From: Lama guanicoe
Taxonomy: Eukaryota
Reading direction: 5' to 3'
NCBI GenBank assembly: GCA_013239625.1
Contig: MU053934.1
Location: 3,366,399 to 3,430,398, forward strand
Length of the DNA: 64,000 bases
Part shown: positions 38,050 to 48,559 of the stretch, in pieces
Layout: every line of letters starts with the position of its first letter
How positions within the stretch are numbered: position 1 is the stretch's first letter
Notes under the pieces: model-generated
Databases searched by the model: none
Told to the model about the DNA's origin: nothing
What the model saw: the letters and a program-made list of their open reading frames with translations, nothing else
Translations under genes and position numbers: made by a program

Positions 38050-38120
38050 TCCAGCTTATATCCTAGAATATTACACATTAACTCCCCCAAGGCCATAAAT
38101 GGGGACTTTGGTCCCTTCTG
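38050..38120 (-). promoter_or_regulatory. LGALS2: LGALS2 proximal promoter (TATA-like, HNF1-like, CDX2, HNF4-like motifs)
   Basis: Minus strand GATATAAG 38055-38062 and GTTAATGTGTAAT 38070-38082; plus strand GCCATAAA 38092-38099 and GGGACTTTGGTCC 38102-38114. Confidence 0.65.
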
Positions 38121-39447
38121 CCAGAGTGTCTCTCCGCCGGCATCTCCTGGTCCCCAGAACAAACAGGCAGGAGGCTCCTCACACTCACCCAGCCCATCCA
38201 GCCCAGAGCATCCTCCTGGCCTCCTGCCAGCCTCCCGCCTTCTCTCAGAGCCCTAAGGGACATGGCCCTGGAGTAGCACTGGACTGGGTGTCTGGAGCCA
38301 ACACAAACCAGATGAGCTCGGCATGCCGCCCAATGACCCTGAGCTCTGCTTTTTTGCCCTTAAACAGAGAGACTTGCTTTGCAAAAATCTCTATGCTTCT
38401 ATGATGTCCTGATTCATTTCGAGAGGCTTTTGTTTTGTTTTCTCCCCTTACGCCATGATTCTTCTGATTGTACATGCAAGTTTTAAAAGCAATACATGGT
38501 GGATTCAAAGAAAACGTCTAGAAGTATCTACAACACACTGGTGGTCAGAGGAGGGAGTGGGAGGGTTGGGGGAGGAGCTGTGGGGACTGGGAGTTCAGTG
38601 CTTTGCTCATTTCATCTACTACTTGTGTAATTGACATGCTTACTATAGGGAATTAGTGATATTAAATAAAGAGAAAAACGACCACCCTCCCCCAGGATGG
38701 AGCCTGCCTACTCGATCTGCACATTTCCTTCCTCGCGGTTTTCTACCGATTTGTATCATAAACATCCCTATGCCTCTGCCATTTTTGCTCCTGCTTCATT
38801 CAGTAAACATTAAAACCCACAAATCTATATTTCAGAACTATATTTTAATGGTAGTGAAATAGTCTACCTTTGAATGACTAAATTTATTAACCAATTTCCT
38901 TCTGTTGAACACTTACATTAATTCGAAGTGTTTGCTATTAAAAATGCTGCTGCATTAAATTAATTGCACATAAGGTTTGGCAGCATCATGACAACTTCTT
39001 TAGGGCAGCTTCCCAGAAGCAGAATTTTTCTAGAGCCCTGGTTTGGCGAGTCAGAAGGTTTTCCATTAGAGCTGGCAGTGGCCACTCTGGGCGGGGTGCT
39101 GGGAGGCCAGCCCTGCCCAGAGCCCTTCGGTGCCAGGAGCTGACGATGGCTCACTGCCCAGCACTCACATAGGACACCACCTTCAGTCCCCTGCCGGCCC
39201 AGAGCGGAGAGTGACTTCCTCATTTTACCCACAAGGAAGTCGATTCCTGCTTGATCTTTCTCCCAGGGCCATTGTAAAACCCAAGCAAGATAAGGAGTTT
39301 TAAAGTGCTTTATAAATGGAAATTCGAATCAACAGAAACTACACCTTGTGGAGATGATATTTCTCTGATTACAGTCATAATTCTAGCTCACTGTAGAAGG
39401 TTCTGGAAAGTACACAAAGTAAAAAGAACTTGAAAGTTCATTTGTTT

Positions 39448-39600
39448 TAAAACAACAAGATCCACTGGATAGCACAGGGAACTATATTCAATAGCTTGTA
39501 ATAACCTATAATGAATATATTTATCTAACTGAATCACTATGCTGTACACCAGAAACTAACACAACATTGTAAATCAACTATACTTCAATAAAAAATTTTA
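39448..39600 (+). mobile_element. L1 3'UTR terminal fragment
   Basis: ATAGCACAGGGAACTATATTCAATA...ACACAACATTGTAAATCAACTATACTTCAATAAAA; similar to the tail of the L1 at 43100-43270. Confidence 0.8.
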
Positions 39601-40084
39601 ATTGAAAAATACTGAAATTAAAAAATGAAACATTATATATACCTTTTTTGAAGTTTGGTTTAGAAGAATGTTTAAAGACAGGAGAACATGACCACATTTA
39701 TGAATTGTGCACTTTTCTGTGTGTATGTTTTACATCAATGAAAGATTTTAAAAATAATAATAAAGGAAAGGAAAAAAAATCACTGACACTCACATCTCCA
39801 ATCTTGTTCTCTGTGATACGTACCTTCTGGAGGGTACTTTACACCTTACAAAACACTTTCTCCAGCCCTCAGCACAATAAACTCAATCAATTCTGAAGGT
39901 GATCTTTATTATTACCCCATTTTTCAGATGGGGAAGAAAGGTTCCCAGGCTTTACATAGCTAGTAAGCAGCCGAGCTTGCCTTGTCTACAGACCCACTGC
40001 TCAGATGACTGCCAAGACCTGTCACACTGCCCTCAGTTAGCAAAAAGAATATCAGAACTTCAGGAGTATGATCTTAAGCCCTTT

Positions 40085-40640
40085 GTGTGGTAACAGCCTC
40101 TGAGATGACCCCCAGTGATTCCTACCCCTTGTATACACTCCCATGTATAATTGGCTCCCCCTTGAGTTGGCTGGACCCGGTGACTAGATTCTAACTAATA
40201 GCACACTAGAATCCCAGAACAGAGTACTAGAAGATTAGGTTACAGAAAGACTGATTACAAAAAGACGGTTTGCTCACACTCCCTCATTCTCCCTCTTGCT
40301 GCCCTAGCTCTGAGGGAGGCACACAAGTGAACCATGCTATGAGTAGCCCTGTGGAGGAGCCCGTGTGCCAGGGAACTGATGTCTCCAGCCAGCTGGCAAT
40401 GAAGACCTGAGTCCCGCTGATACCTGTGTGGGTGAATGGGGCAGTGGCTCTTCTCTCACTTGAGCCTTGGGATGCTAGTGTAGCTAACACCTTGCCTAAA
40501 GCCTTGTGAGAGACCTTGAGCCAGAAGGCACCTGGCGAAGTCCTGTCCGACTCCTGACCCACAAGAGCTGTAAGAAATGTATTTCTTATTTTAAGTCCCT
40601 AAATTTTGGTTAATTTGTTACACAGCGATCAACTAATACA
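40085..40640 (+). mobile_element. MLT1-type (MaLR) LTR
   Basis: Starts TGTGGT..GCCTCTGAGATGACCCCCAGTGAT and ends TTTGTTACACAGC..AACTAATACA. Confidence 0.7.
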
Positions 40641-40776
40641 CTTTGCCAAGCAGCTGTTATCAGAAGCTTGGTTTATTGGAGAAATAATACTCACGAAGCC
40701 CTCCCGACTAAAGAATTTGAAGTCCATGCGAGTCCCTGGACATTCTACTACCTTGGTCTTTTTAAAGAACCAGACA

Positions 40777-40935
40777 GGGAGGGTAGAGTTCAGTGGCAGA
40801 GTTCATGCCTAGCATGCAGGACGTCCTGAGTTCAATCCCCAGTACCTCTATTAAGGGTAGATTTAAAAGAAAGAAAGCAAGCAAGAAAGAAAACCTAAGT
40901 ACCACCCCCTCCAGAAAGAAAACAAGAAAAGAAAG
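40777..40935 (+). mobile_element. tRNA-Ala-derived SINE (diverged)
   Basis: GGGAGGGTAGAGTTCAGTGG..GAGTTCAATCCCCAGTACCT head, ACCTAAGTACC motif and (GAAA)-rich tail. Confidence 0.8.
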
Positions 40936-41020
40936 CACAGCTCTTGGACTTGTTTCCTTCATTATTTTCTGCTTTCATGCTAATTAACTCTTACTTTTTT
41001 AAACTGATCTTTTTCTAGTT

Positions 41021-41273
41021 TATTTTAAAAAAAATTTTCAGAGGTACTGGGGATTAAACCTAGAAATTTTTAAGATTTCATATATAAGTGATATCATATG
41101 GTGTTTTTCTTTCTCTTTTTGACTTACTTCACTTAGGATGACAATCTCCAGACCCATCCATGTTGTTACAAATGGCTATAATTATTATTTTTTAATGGGG
41201 GTGCTGTACTGGGGATTGAACTCAGGACCTTGTGGATGTTAAGCATACACCACTGAGCTATACCCTCCTCCCC
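41021..41273 (-). mobile_element. Composite antisense insertion: SINE head + L1 ORF2-end fragment + partial SINE, inside an old L1 ORF2 fragment (~40985-41400)
   Basis: See the corresponding finding. The host translates on the minus strand as LWEVAKAVGRGKFKALNTFISKQKRSKVN.LKKLE (L1 ORF2). Confidence 0.65.
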
Positions 41274-41937
41274 TTCTAGCTTCTTAAGTCCATTGACTTT
41301 TGATCTTTTCTGCTTACTAATAAATGTATTTAAGGCTTTGAATTTTCCTCTACCTACTGCTTTGGCCACTTCCCATAGGTTTTCAGATATTCTGATCAAT
41401 GTTTCAAACGTTACCCTTGAATCAAGCTGAATGATCAGGAAGTTGTTCTCAGCACTTAGTAGTATATGCTTAATAAAGATTTACTCACTGACTTTCTGAA
41501 TTGGAAAAATCACCATCAACATTGTCATTGGGGAAGAGTTGGAAAGTGAAAACATCAGTACTACAGGATTGGCCAAGTTAATGATGCTACGAAAATATAA
41601 ATGAACTGTGTGCAACCGTGAAAAATCACATTTTTGGTGGACCCTTGACGGCCATGGTTCCTTGCCCGTGGTACAGTGTTAAGTGAACAAGACAGCTAAA
41701 GAAGCGGGTCCCCAGGGCTTCATGAAGGGCCCTTGCAGATCTGCCTTCACTGAGTTGTGCAGGAGGCCACTAGGCTGCACTGAGAGGCAAGGGTGAGGAG
41801 CAGACATAACAAAACTGCTGGTGTGTCTACCTCTAAGGTACCAAGGAGGACATGGCCTGGCTGGCCACACAGGGCTCCCTCGTATAACACAGCCTCAAAA
41901 GAATTTATTCAAACGCATGGGATTAAGGGCCTCTGCA

Positions 41938-43282
41938 ACCTTTGGTCAACTAATCTTCGACAAAGGAGGCAAGAATATACGATGGAATAAAGACAGTCTC
42001 TTCAGCAAATGGTGTTGGGAAAACTGGACAGCAGCATGTAAAACAATGAAGCTAGAACACACCCTTACACCATATACAAAAATCAACTCAAAATGGATTA
42101 AAGACTTAAACATAAGACAAGATACAATAAACCTCCTAGAGGAAAACATAGGCAAAACATTATCTGACATACATTTCAAAAATTTTCTCCTAGAAGAAAT
42201 AAAAGCAAGAATAAACAAATGGGACCTAATGAAACTTACAAGCTTCTGCAGAGCAAAGGAAACCAGAAGTAAAACAAGAAGAAAACCTACGGAATGGGAG
42301 AAAATTTTTGCAAGTGAAACCGACAAAGGCTTGATCTCCAAAATATATAAGCAGCTCATACGACTCAATAAGAAAAAAATAAACAACCCAATCCAAAAAT
42401 GGGCAGAAGACCTAAACAAGCAATTCTCCAAGGAAGACATACAAATGATCAAAAAGCACATGAAAAAATGCTCAATATCACTAATTATCAGAGAAATGCA
42501 AATCAAAACTACAATGAGGTATCACCTCACACCAGTCAGAATGGCCGTCATTCAAAAATCCAAAAATGACAAATGCTGGAGAGGCTGTGGAGAAAGGGGA
42601 ACCCTCCTACACTGCTGGTGGGAATGCAGTTTGGTGCAGCCACTATGGAAAACAGTGTGGAGATTCCTCAAAAGACTAGGAATAGACTTACCATATGACC
42701 CAGGAATCCCACTCCTGGGCTTGTATCCAGAAGGAAATCTACTTCAGGATGACACCTGCACTCCAATGTTCATAGCAGCACTATTTACAATAGCCAAAAC
42801 ATGGAAACAGCCTAAATGTCCATCAACAGGTGACTGGATAAAGAAGATGTGGTATATTTATACAATGGAATACTACTCAGCCATAAAAACCGACAACATA
42901 ATGCCATTTGCAGCAACATGGATGCTCCTAGAGAATGTCATTCTAAGTGAAGTAAGCCAGAAAGAGAAAGAAAAATACCATATGAGATCGCTCATATGTG
43001 GAATCAAAAGACTCACGGACAGAGAATACAGACTTGTGGTTACCAGGGGGGTAGAGGGTGGGAAGGGATAGACTGGGATTTCAAAATTGTAGAATAGATA
43101 AACAAGATTACACTGTATAGCACAGGGAAATATACACAAAATGTTATGATAAATCACAGAGAAAAAAATGTGACAATGAGTGTGTATATGTCCATGAATG
43201 ACTGAAAAATTGTGCTGAACACTGGAATTTGACACAACATTGTAAAATGATTATAAATCAATAAAAAAATGTTTTAAAAAAA
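41938..43282 (+). mobile_element. Young 5'-truncated LINE-1 (ORF2 C-terminal region incl. CCHC knuckle, 3'UTR, poly-A)
   Basis: Uninterrupted ORF2 frame ([26 protein letters not shown]...[18 protein letters not shown]...). Perfect 13-bp TSD AAGGGCCTCTGCA at 41925-41937 and 43283-43295, with a TT|AAGG endonuclease-type site. Confidence 0.95.
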
Positions 43283-44371
43283 AAGGGCCTCTGCAGAAGA
43301 GAAGTATAAAATAAAGGCAGATCTCAAGGATGCCAAGTCTAGGTGGGGAGATAAGTTTGAGCACAGGAAACAACTGGAAAATAACTAATTACACCCTGAC
43401 GGAAGGCTTCAGGAAGTCCCAGATTCCTGGGGCCGGAGAAGTTTCTCAAATGTCACTTAGCGGACAGTACAGGACAAGAATCTTGGTTCTAACCCCTCTG
43501 AGTTCAGTCTCCTCCTCTGTAAAACAATGTGCTATAAGGATTAAGGGCGATAAAGCCTGGCATTTCACTAATACTTAACAGAAAATATTCGTTGTTATTA
43601 TCAGGGGCCCAGTGCCCCACCTGTGTCAGCTGTGAGGGTCACCTCCTCCTGACAACCGTGTCTGAGCCCCAGACCTGTGGGAATGTTCTTGCAAACTCCT
43701 AGGACCCCATCATGACTATCGTGGGCCTGGGGTATTTCTGCCTTCAGGAGCTCCTTCCTACATTAAAAGAAAAGTATATATATGTACTATATATAAAACA
43801 TACACAGACACAAACACACATAGAGATATAATTGTATGTTATGACTGCACTGAATAAATACATCAATGTCACACATTAAAACACTTTCATCTACTTAAAA
43901 GTTCATTTTCTTCTTCTGATTTTATAAGAGATTAGACCTTTCGGTGGGCCTGTGCCCCAAACAGAGAAATTGGCCCGTGGCTTCCTGCGTCTCCCACTAG
44001 CCTCTTGCTGTTGGGGACTTTGGTCCTGGATCTGTGAGACCTCTCCCTATCTCCTCTCCTGTCCTTCTCCTCCCAAAGAACAAACAAATCAGCACATCAG
44101 TGATGTCTCCCTGCTTCCTTCCCCGCTCACGCCCTACTGAGCACCGTCTTTCTGAGATAACAGAGGGAACAGGGAGGTGCCGGGGTGGGGGTGCGGGGGA
44201 GGCATGCATGGAAAGCTTTTGGCTTCAAATCGGCAAATGTCACATCCTGGCTCTGTCACCTACAAGCTGAGTAGCCACGTCAAGTCACTGCAAGCCTCGG
44301 TTTCCTCATCTGTGAAAGGGAGCTAAGAGTATCTTTTTCAAGGGGTGATGGTGAGAATTTTAAAAGATTTT

Positions 44372-44500
44372 GGGGAAGGAGGGTATAGCTCAGTGGTAGA
44401 GTGTGTGCTTAGCATGCACGAGGTCCTGGGTTCAATCTCCAGTACTTCCACTGAAAAGAAATAAATGTTTATAAATAAATAACCCTCCAGAAAAAAATAA
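44372..44500 (+). mobile_element. tRNA-Ala-derived SINE with a near-intact tRNA-Ala(AGC) head (44379-44450)
   Basis: GAGGGTATAGCTCAGTGGTAGAGTGTGTGCTTAGCATGCACGAGGTCCTGGGTTCAATCTCCAGTACTTCCA + A-rich tail. TSD AAAGATTTT. Confidence 0.85.
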
Positions 44501-45885
44501 AGATTTTAATTAAAAAGTTAACCTAGGTAGCATGTGGAACACACAATACCTGCTAAAGATCAAGAAAATAAACAATGTATTTATTTATGAAATAAGTTAA
44601 ATAAATCACCCTTCTTGGCTTTGAGGGAGGATTCCTAAATGGGGCAAGGCTTCACCAGAGACAAGGAAGCTAGATAGCCAGGAAGGCAGTGGAAAGAACA
44701 GCTCAGAGTGAATCTGCAATGAGCAGCATCCCACAGCCAGGACTCTGGCTGGCGCACGCACCCCCTCTCCTGCCCTGGGAGGACAGGTTTCCTGAGAAAG
44801 CCAGTGTCTATCCTCCCAGAGCCCAGAGACCCTGGGACTGGAGCCTGGTGGGTGAGAAGAAAGATGCTGGTGACAAGTGTACCATCTCAAGGGGCCAGAT
44901 GTTCACACCAGCAAGCTGGGATCCGCGTCTCTCCTGGATAGATGTGGGGCTCACGACCTGTGTGTTCCAGTCTCTATGCAGAGCAAAACCTTTCATATCC
45001 TCACAGTCTTTTTCTTCAGATGTGCTAGCCTCAGGCACAGGGAGGTCTTTCTATAGCTGTGTGATCTTGGGCAAGTCATATAACCTCTCAGGGCTTCAGT
45101 TGGTCCATCTGCAAAACAGGAACTGTAACTGTGACACCTCACAGGGTAAACGTGAGCCTTATGGGAGAATGTCTGTGAAGGGCTAAGCACAGTGCCGATC
45201 TATGCTCAGTGCTGAATAAATGTTTGCTGTTATTAATATCAGATCCGCTTGAATGCTCAGGCTACCTGAGCGGATGTTCAGCCTTGCTTCTCCAGCTCTG
45301 ACCAATTGACTATCTGTCCTTCAAGGGGCGTCCACAGAGCTCTTACATCATCTGGTCCAGAGATCTTCCTTGTTGAACCTGATCGCCAGGTTCTGCTGGC
45401 TGCATCTGGTCGCAATCCCAATGGGCATCTTTTGGGGAATGCCGAGGTCCACTGGAGCTCTCGGGTCATCCTCACCTCACCTGGAATTACGGAGGGCCTA
45501 TGAGGGAGGAAGGAATTTGGAGATGTAGGAGGAAGGAATGAGCTACGCCACTTAGCTGTCTCCCCTTCTCCACTCCTGCCCCTATAAGCCTTCCACCGTC
45601 CTTTGGGGTCTTTGTAAAATGGAAATGACAACACTTCACTCTCCTGCTCAAAACCCTCCAGCACACTTAAAACAAATCCAAACTTCTCCCTTGGCCGACA
45701 AGTTCCCCCGGATCTGGTCCTGTCCAACTTGCAGCCTCATCTCACCCCACATGCCTCCTGGCCAGGCTGACACTTGGATTCGCCAAGCTCATTCCAGCCT
45801 CAAGCCTCGGTCTTTGCTGCTCCCTGCACCTAGAACTCTTCCTCAGCTCTTGGCTGGACCTTATCGCATTGGTCTTAACTCAAAG

Positions 45886-46025
45886 GTGGGTGGGTGGATG
45901 GACAGATGGATGGATGGAATGACAGACGGACGGATGGATGGATGGACAGATGGATACATGGCAGGATGAAAAGGTGGATAGGTAGGTGGGAGGGTGGGTG
46001 AGGGGGTGGATGGATGGATGGGTGA
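45886..46025. repeat. (GGAT)n-like simple repeat
   Basis: Read directly from the sequence. Confidence 0.85.
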
Positions 46026-46834
46026 TTGTATGGTGGGTCAACCACAGGAAGCACTCATCATAGAGCTCAGAAAGTGGGGTGTGATTTTCAAGGGCTCCAA
46101 TCTAGTGATGCATTTCATTGCATTGATCATCCTCAAGTTCTAACTCTGCCTCTTACTGGGCTGTGTAACCTTGGGCAGGTGATGTGGCCTTGGTTTCCCC
46201 ACCTGGAAAATAATTTTAAAGGTTTTTACTTCACAGGATTGCCGTGGGGTTAAACGAGAGAACCTGCATCATGGGCTTGACGTACAGAATCTGGCACATA
46301 GTAGGTGCTCAACCATTATGACTCTTCTGTACCTGATAGCTAATGGCTGGCATTTACTGGATGCTTCGCGTGCTCTGGGCCATTGTGAGGCCCCTCCTAC
46401 ACCGTTGCATTTACTGTGAGGCGCTCAGGAGACTGCATGGGGCCGGCAATCTGTAGACAGTCATTCTCTCTTTTAGACACATGGCACCCCAACTTTCAGT
46501 CTTCAGCAGGACGGTTTGGGAGTGATGACCTTCCTTCCAGCTCAGTATCCAGGGATCTCTGGGTCTTGTTTCCCCTTCTGCCCTGACTACACACCTCACG
46601 GCTGGAGGTTCCACTGGCCTGCTCACAGTCTCACCTGCCCTTCTCCCTGACTAATTCTAGAGCCCTCCAGCCCATGCCGCCTCAGTCATCAGGCCCTATG
46701 GCCTCAGCCCAGCCCCCAGGAGTTGCTTTGCAAAAATAGATGAAAGAGCTCACCATCAGTTCACTGGAGACTGTCTATTTCCTGGCAGGCAGCAAACACC
46801 TGTTTGGTTTTAAAACCAAGGTTTCAACCCTCAG

Positions 46835-47850
46835 GCATCACTGGTGGGAATGCAAAAAGGTGCAGACATTATGGAAAACTGTTTGACAGTTCCTCAAACA
46901 ACTAGAGCCGGAATGACTGTATGACCTGCTAGTTTCACTCCTAGGTGGAGTTAAAAGGAATTGAAAACAGGAACTCGAGCAGATACTTGTACACAAATGT
47001 TCAAAGCAACGTTGTTTACAATAAGCAGGAGATGGGAAAAGCCCAAGTGTCTGTCAACAGATGAATATGTAAACAAAATGTGGTCTATCCACACAATGGA
47101 GTACAATTCAGCCGTAAAAAGGAATGAACTATCGATACTACAACATGGATGAACCTTGAAAACACAATGCTCAGTGAAAGAAGGACGACACAAGAAGCCA
47201 CATATTCAGACATAGAAACCGCCTAAATGTCCATCAACAGATGACTGGGTAAAGAAGATGTGGTATATTTATACAACAGAATAGTATTCAGCCATAAAAA
47301 ATGACAACATAATACCATTCGCAGCAACATGGATGTCCCTGGAGAATGTCATTCTAAGTGAAGTAAGCCAGAAAGAGAAAGAAAAATACCATATGAGATC
47401 GCTTATATGTGGAATCTTGAAAAAAAAAGAAAGAAAGAAAGAAAAGAAGCCACATATTTCACAATTCCACTTGTTTGGAATACTTATAATAGGCAAATTC
47501 ATAAAGACAGAAAGTAAGTTAGAACTTACCAGGGCTGGGGAGAGGGGAGAGAGTTACTGTCTAGAGAGTACACAGTTTCTCTTTGGGGTGATGAAAAAGT
47601 TTTGGAAATAGATGAAGATGGTTGCATGTAATTAATGCCACTGAATTATGCACTTGAAATGGTTAAAATGGAAAATGTTATATGTATTCTGCTACAGTTT
47701 TTTAAAATTAATAATGGAATCTACCAAAAATTATTGAATTGTCTACTTTCTTTTTTTTTTCTTCTTTTTAAAACCATCTTTTGAATTGTACCATTTAAAT
47801 GGGGGAATCGTATGGTGTGCAAATTATATCTCAACAAAGCTATCTTAAAA
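46835..47850 (+). mobile_element. Older L1M 3' end, interrupted by a younger L1 fragment
   Basis: ORF2 end (DTCTQMFKATLFTISRRWEKPKCLSTDEYVNKMWSIHTMEY) plus a 3'UTR ending CTCAACAAAGCT. Confidence 0.8.
47207..47443 (+). mobile_element. Young L1 fragment ending just after ORF2 (no 3'UTR), 15-bp TSD
   Basis: Nearly identical to 42795-43005; A/(GAAA) tail. TSD AAGAAGCCACATATT at 47192-47206 and 47444-47458. Confidence 0.9.
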
Positions 47851-48103
47851 ATCAGAGCTTCCCTAGAGTTCATTAATGACAACGTCTTTCACTTATTTGC
47901 CATTTAAAGCTCCACTTGGAGTCTGGGTTCCAGTCACTGGGCCTGGCCATGGTATTTTCCGGAGGCAGCAGAATGGGAAACCGCTCTCCAAGAGAGAGAA
48001 AGCATTTGCCGCCTCCTGCTGGCCACTAAGAGAACAACCTAAATTAGGAAGAAAAACAGCTTGTCAATTGCTAAGCATCTACCTTAAAAAAAAAAAAAAA
48101 GGT

Positions 48104-48245
48104 GGGGAGGGTATAGCTCAGTGGTAGAGTACTGCTTAGCACACATAAGATCTTGGGTTCAATTCCCAATAAAAGTAAATAAATAAACCTAATATCCTCC
48201 CCCACTCCCCTAAAGTTAGCAAAAAAAAAAAAAAGGAAAGGAAAA
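48104..48245 (+). mobile_element. tRNA-Ala-derived SINE
   Basis: GGGGAGGGTATAGCTCAGTGGTAGAG head, ACCTAAT..CCTCCCC motif and poly-A. Confidence 0.85.
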
Positions 48246-48559
48246 TTAAGATGTGTGGGATTAAAAAAAACACTTCACAAAGCTGAAAAGGGATTTTCAG
48301 GGAAAAGCAAGTCCTCCCTCCCACCCCACAGCCACCCAGAGGCCAAGACCCTTCTGCTTCCTTCCAAAGACACTTTTCACCCCACGCAGGAGCGAGTGTG
48401 CTGTACACACTGTCCTGTACCTGGGTTTTATTCTCCTAATGTATCTTGAGGATTGTTCCATAGCAGCAAAACACTTTTCTCTTTCCAAAGACTGTGTCCA
48501 ACCAACCTGAGACCCAACTAATGGGAAATTGAGTTGGATATACACTTAGTTTGAGTTTA

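Noticed and set aside
41500..41630. Loose resemblance of CATCAACATTGTCATTGG to the 5' coding end of EEF1A1 (possible processed pseudogene)
   Set aside because: The similarity is only ~20-30 nt and needs many gaps afterwards; no ORF, poly-A or TSD.
41946..42506. 186-aa antisense hydrophobic ORF
   Set aside because: A common antisense shadow of L1 ORF2; not an independent gene.
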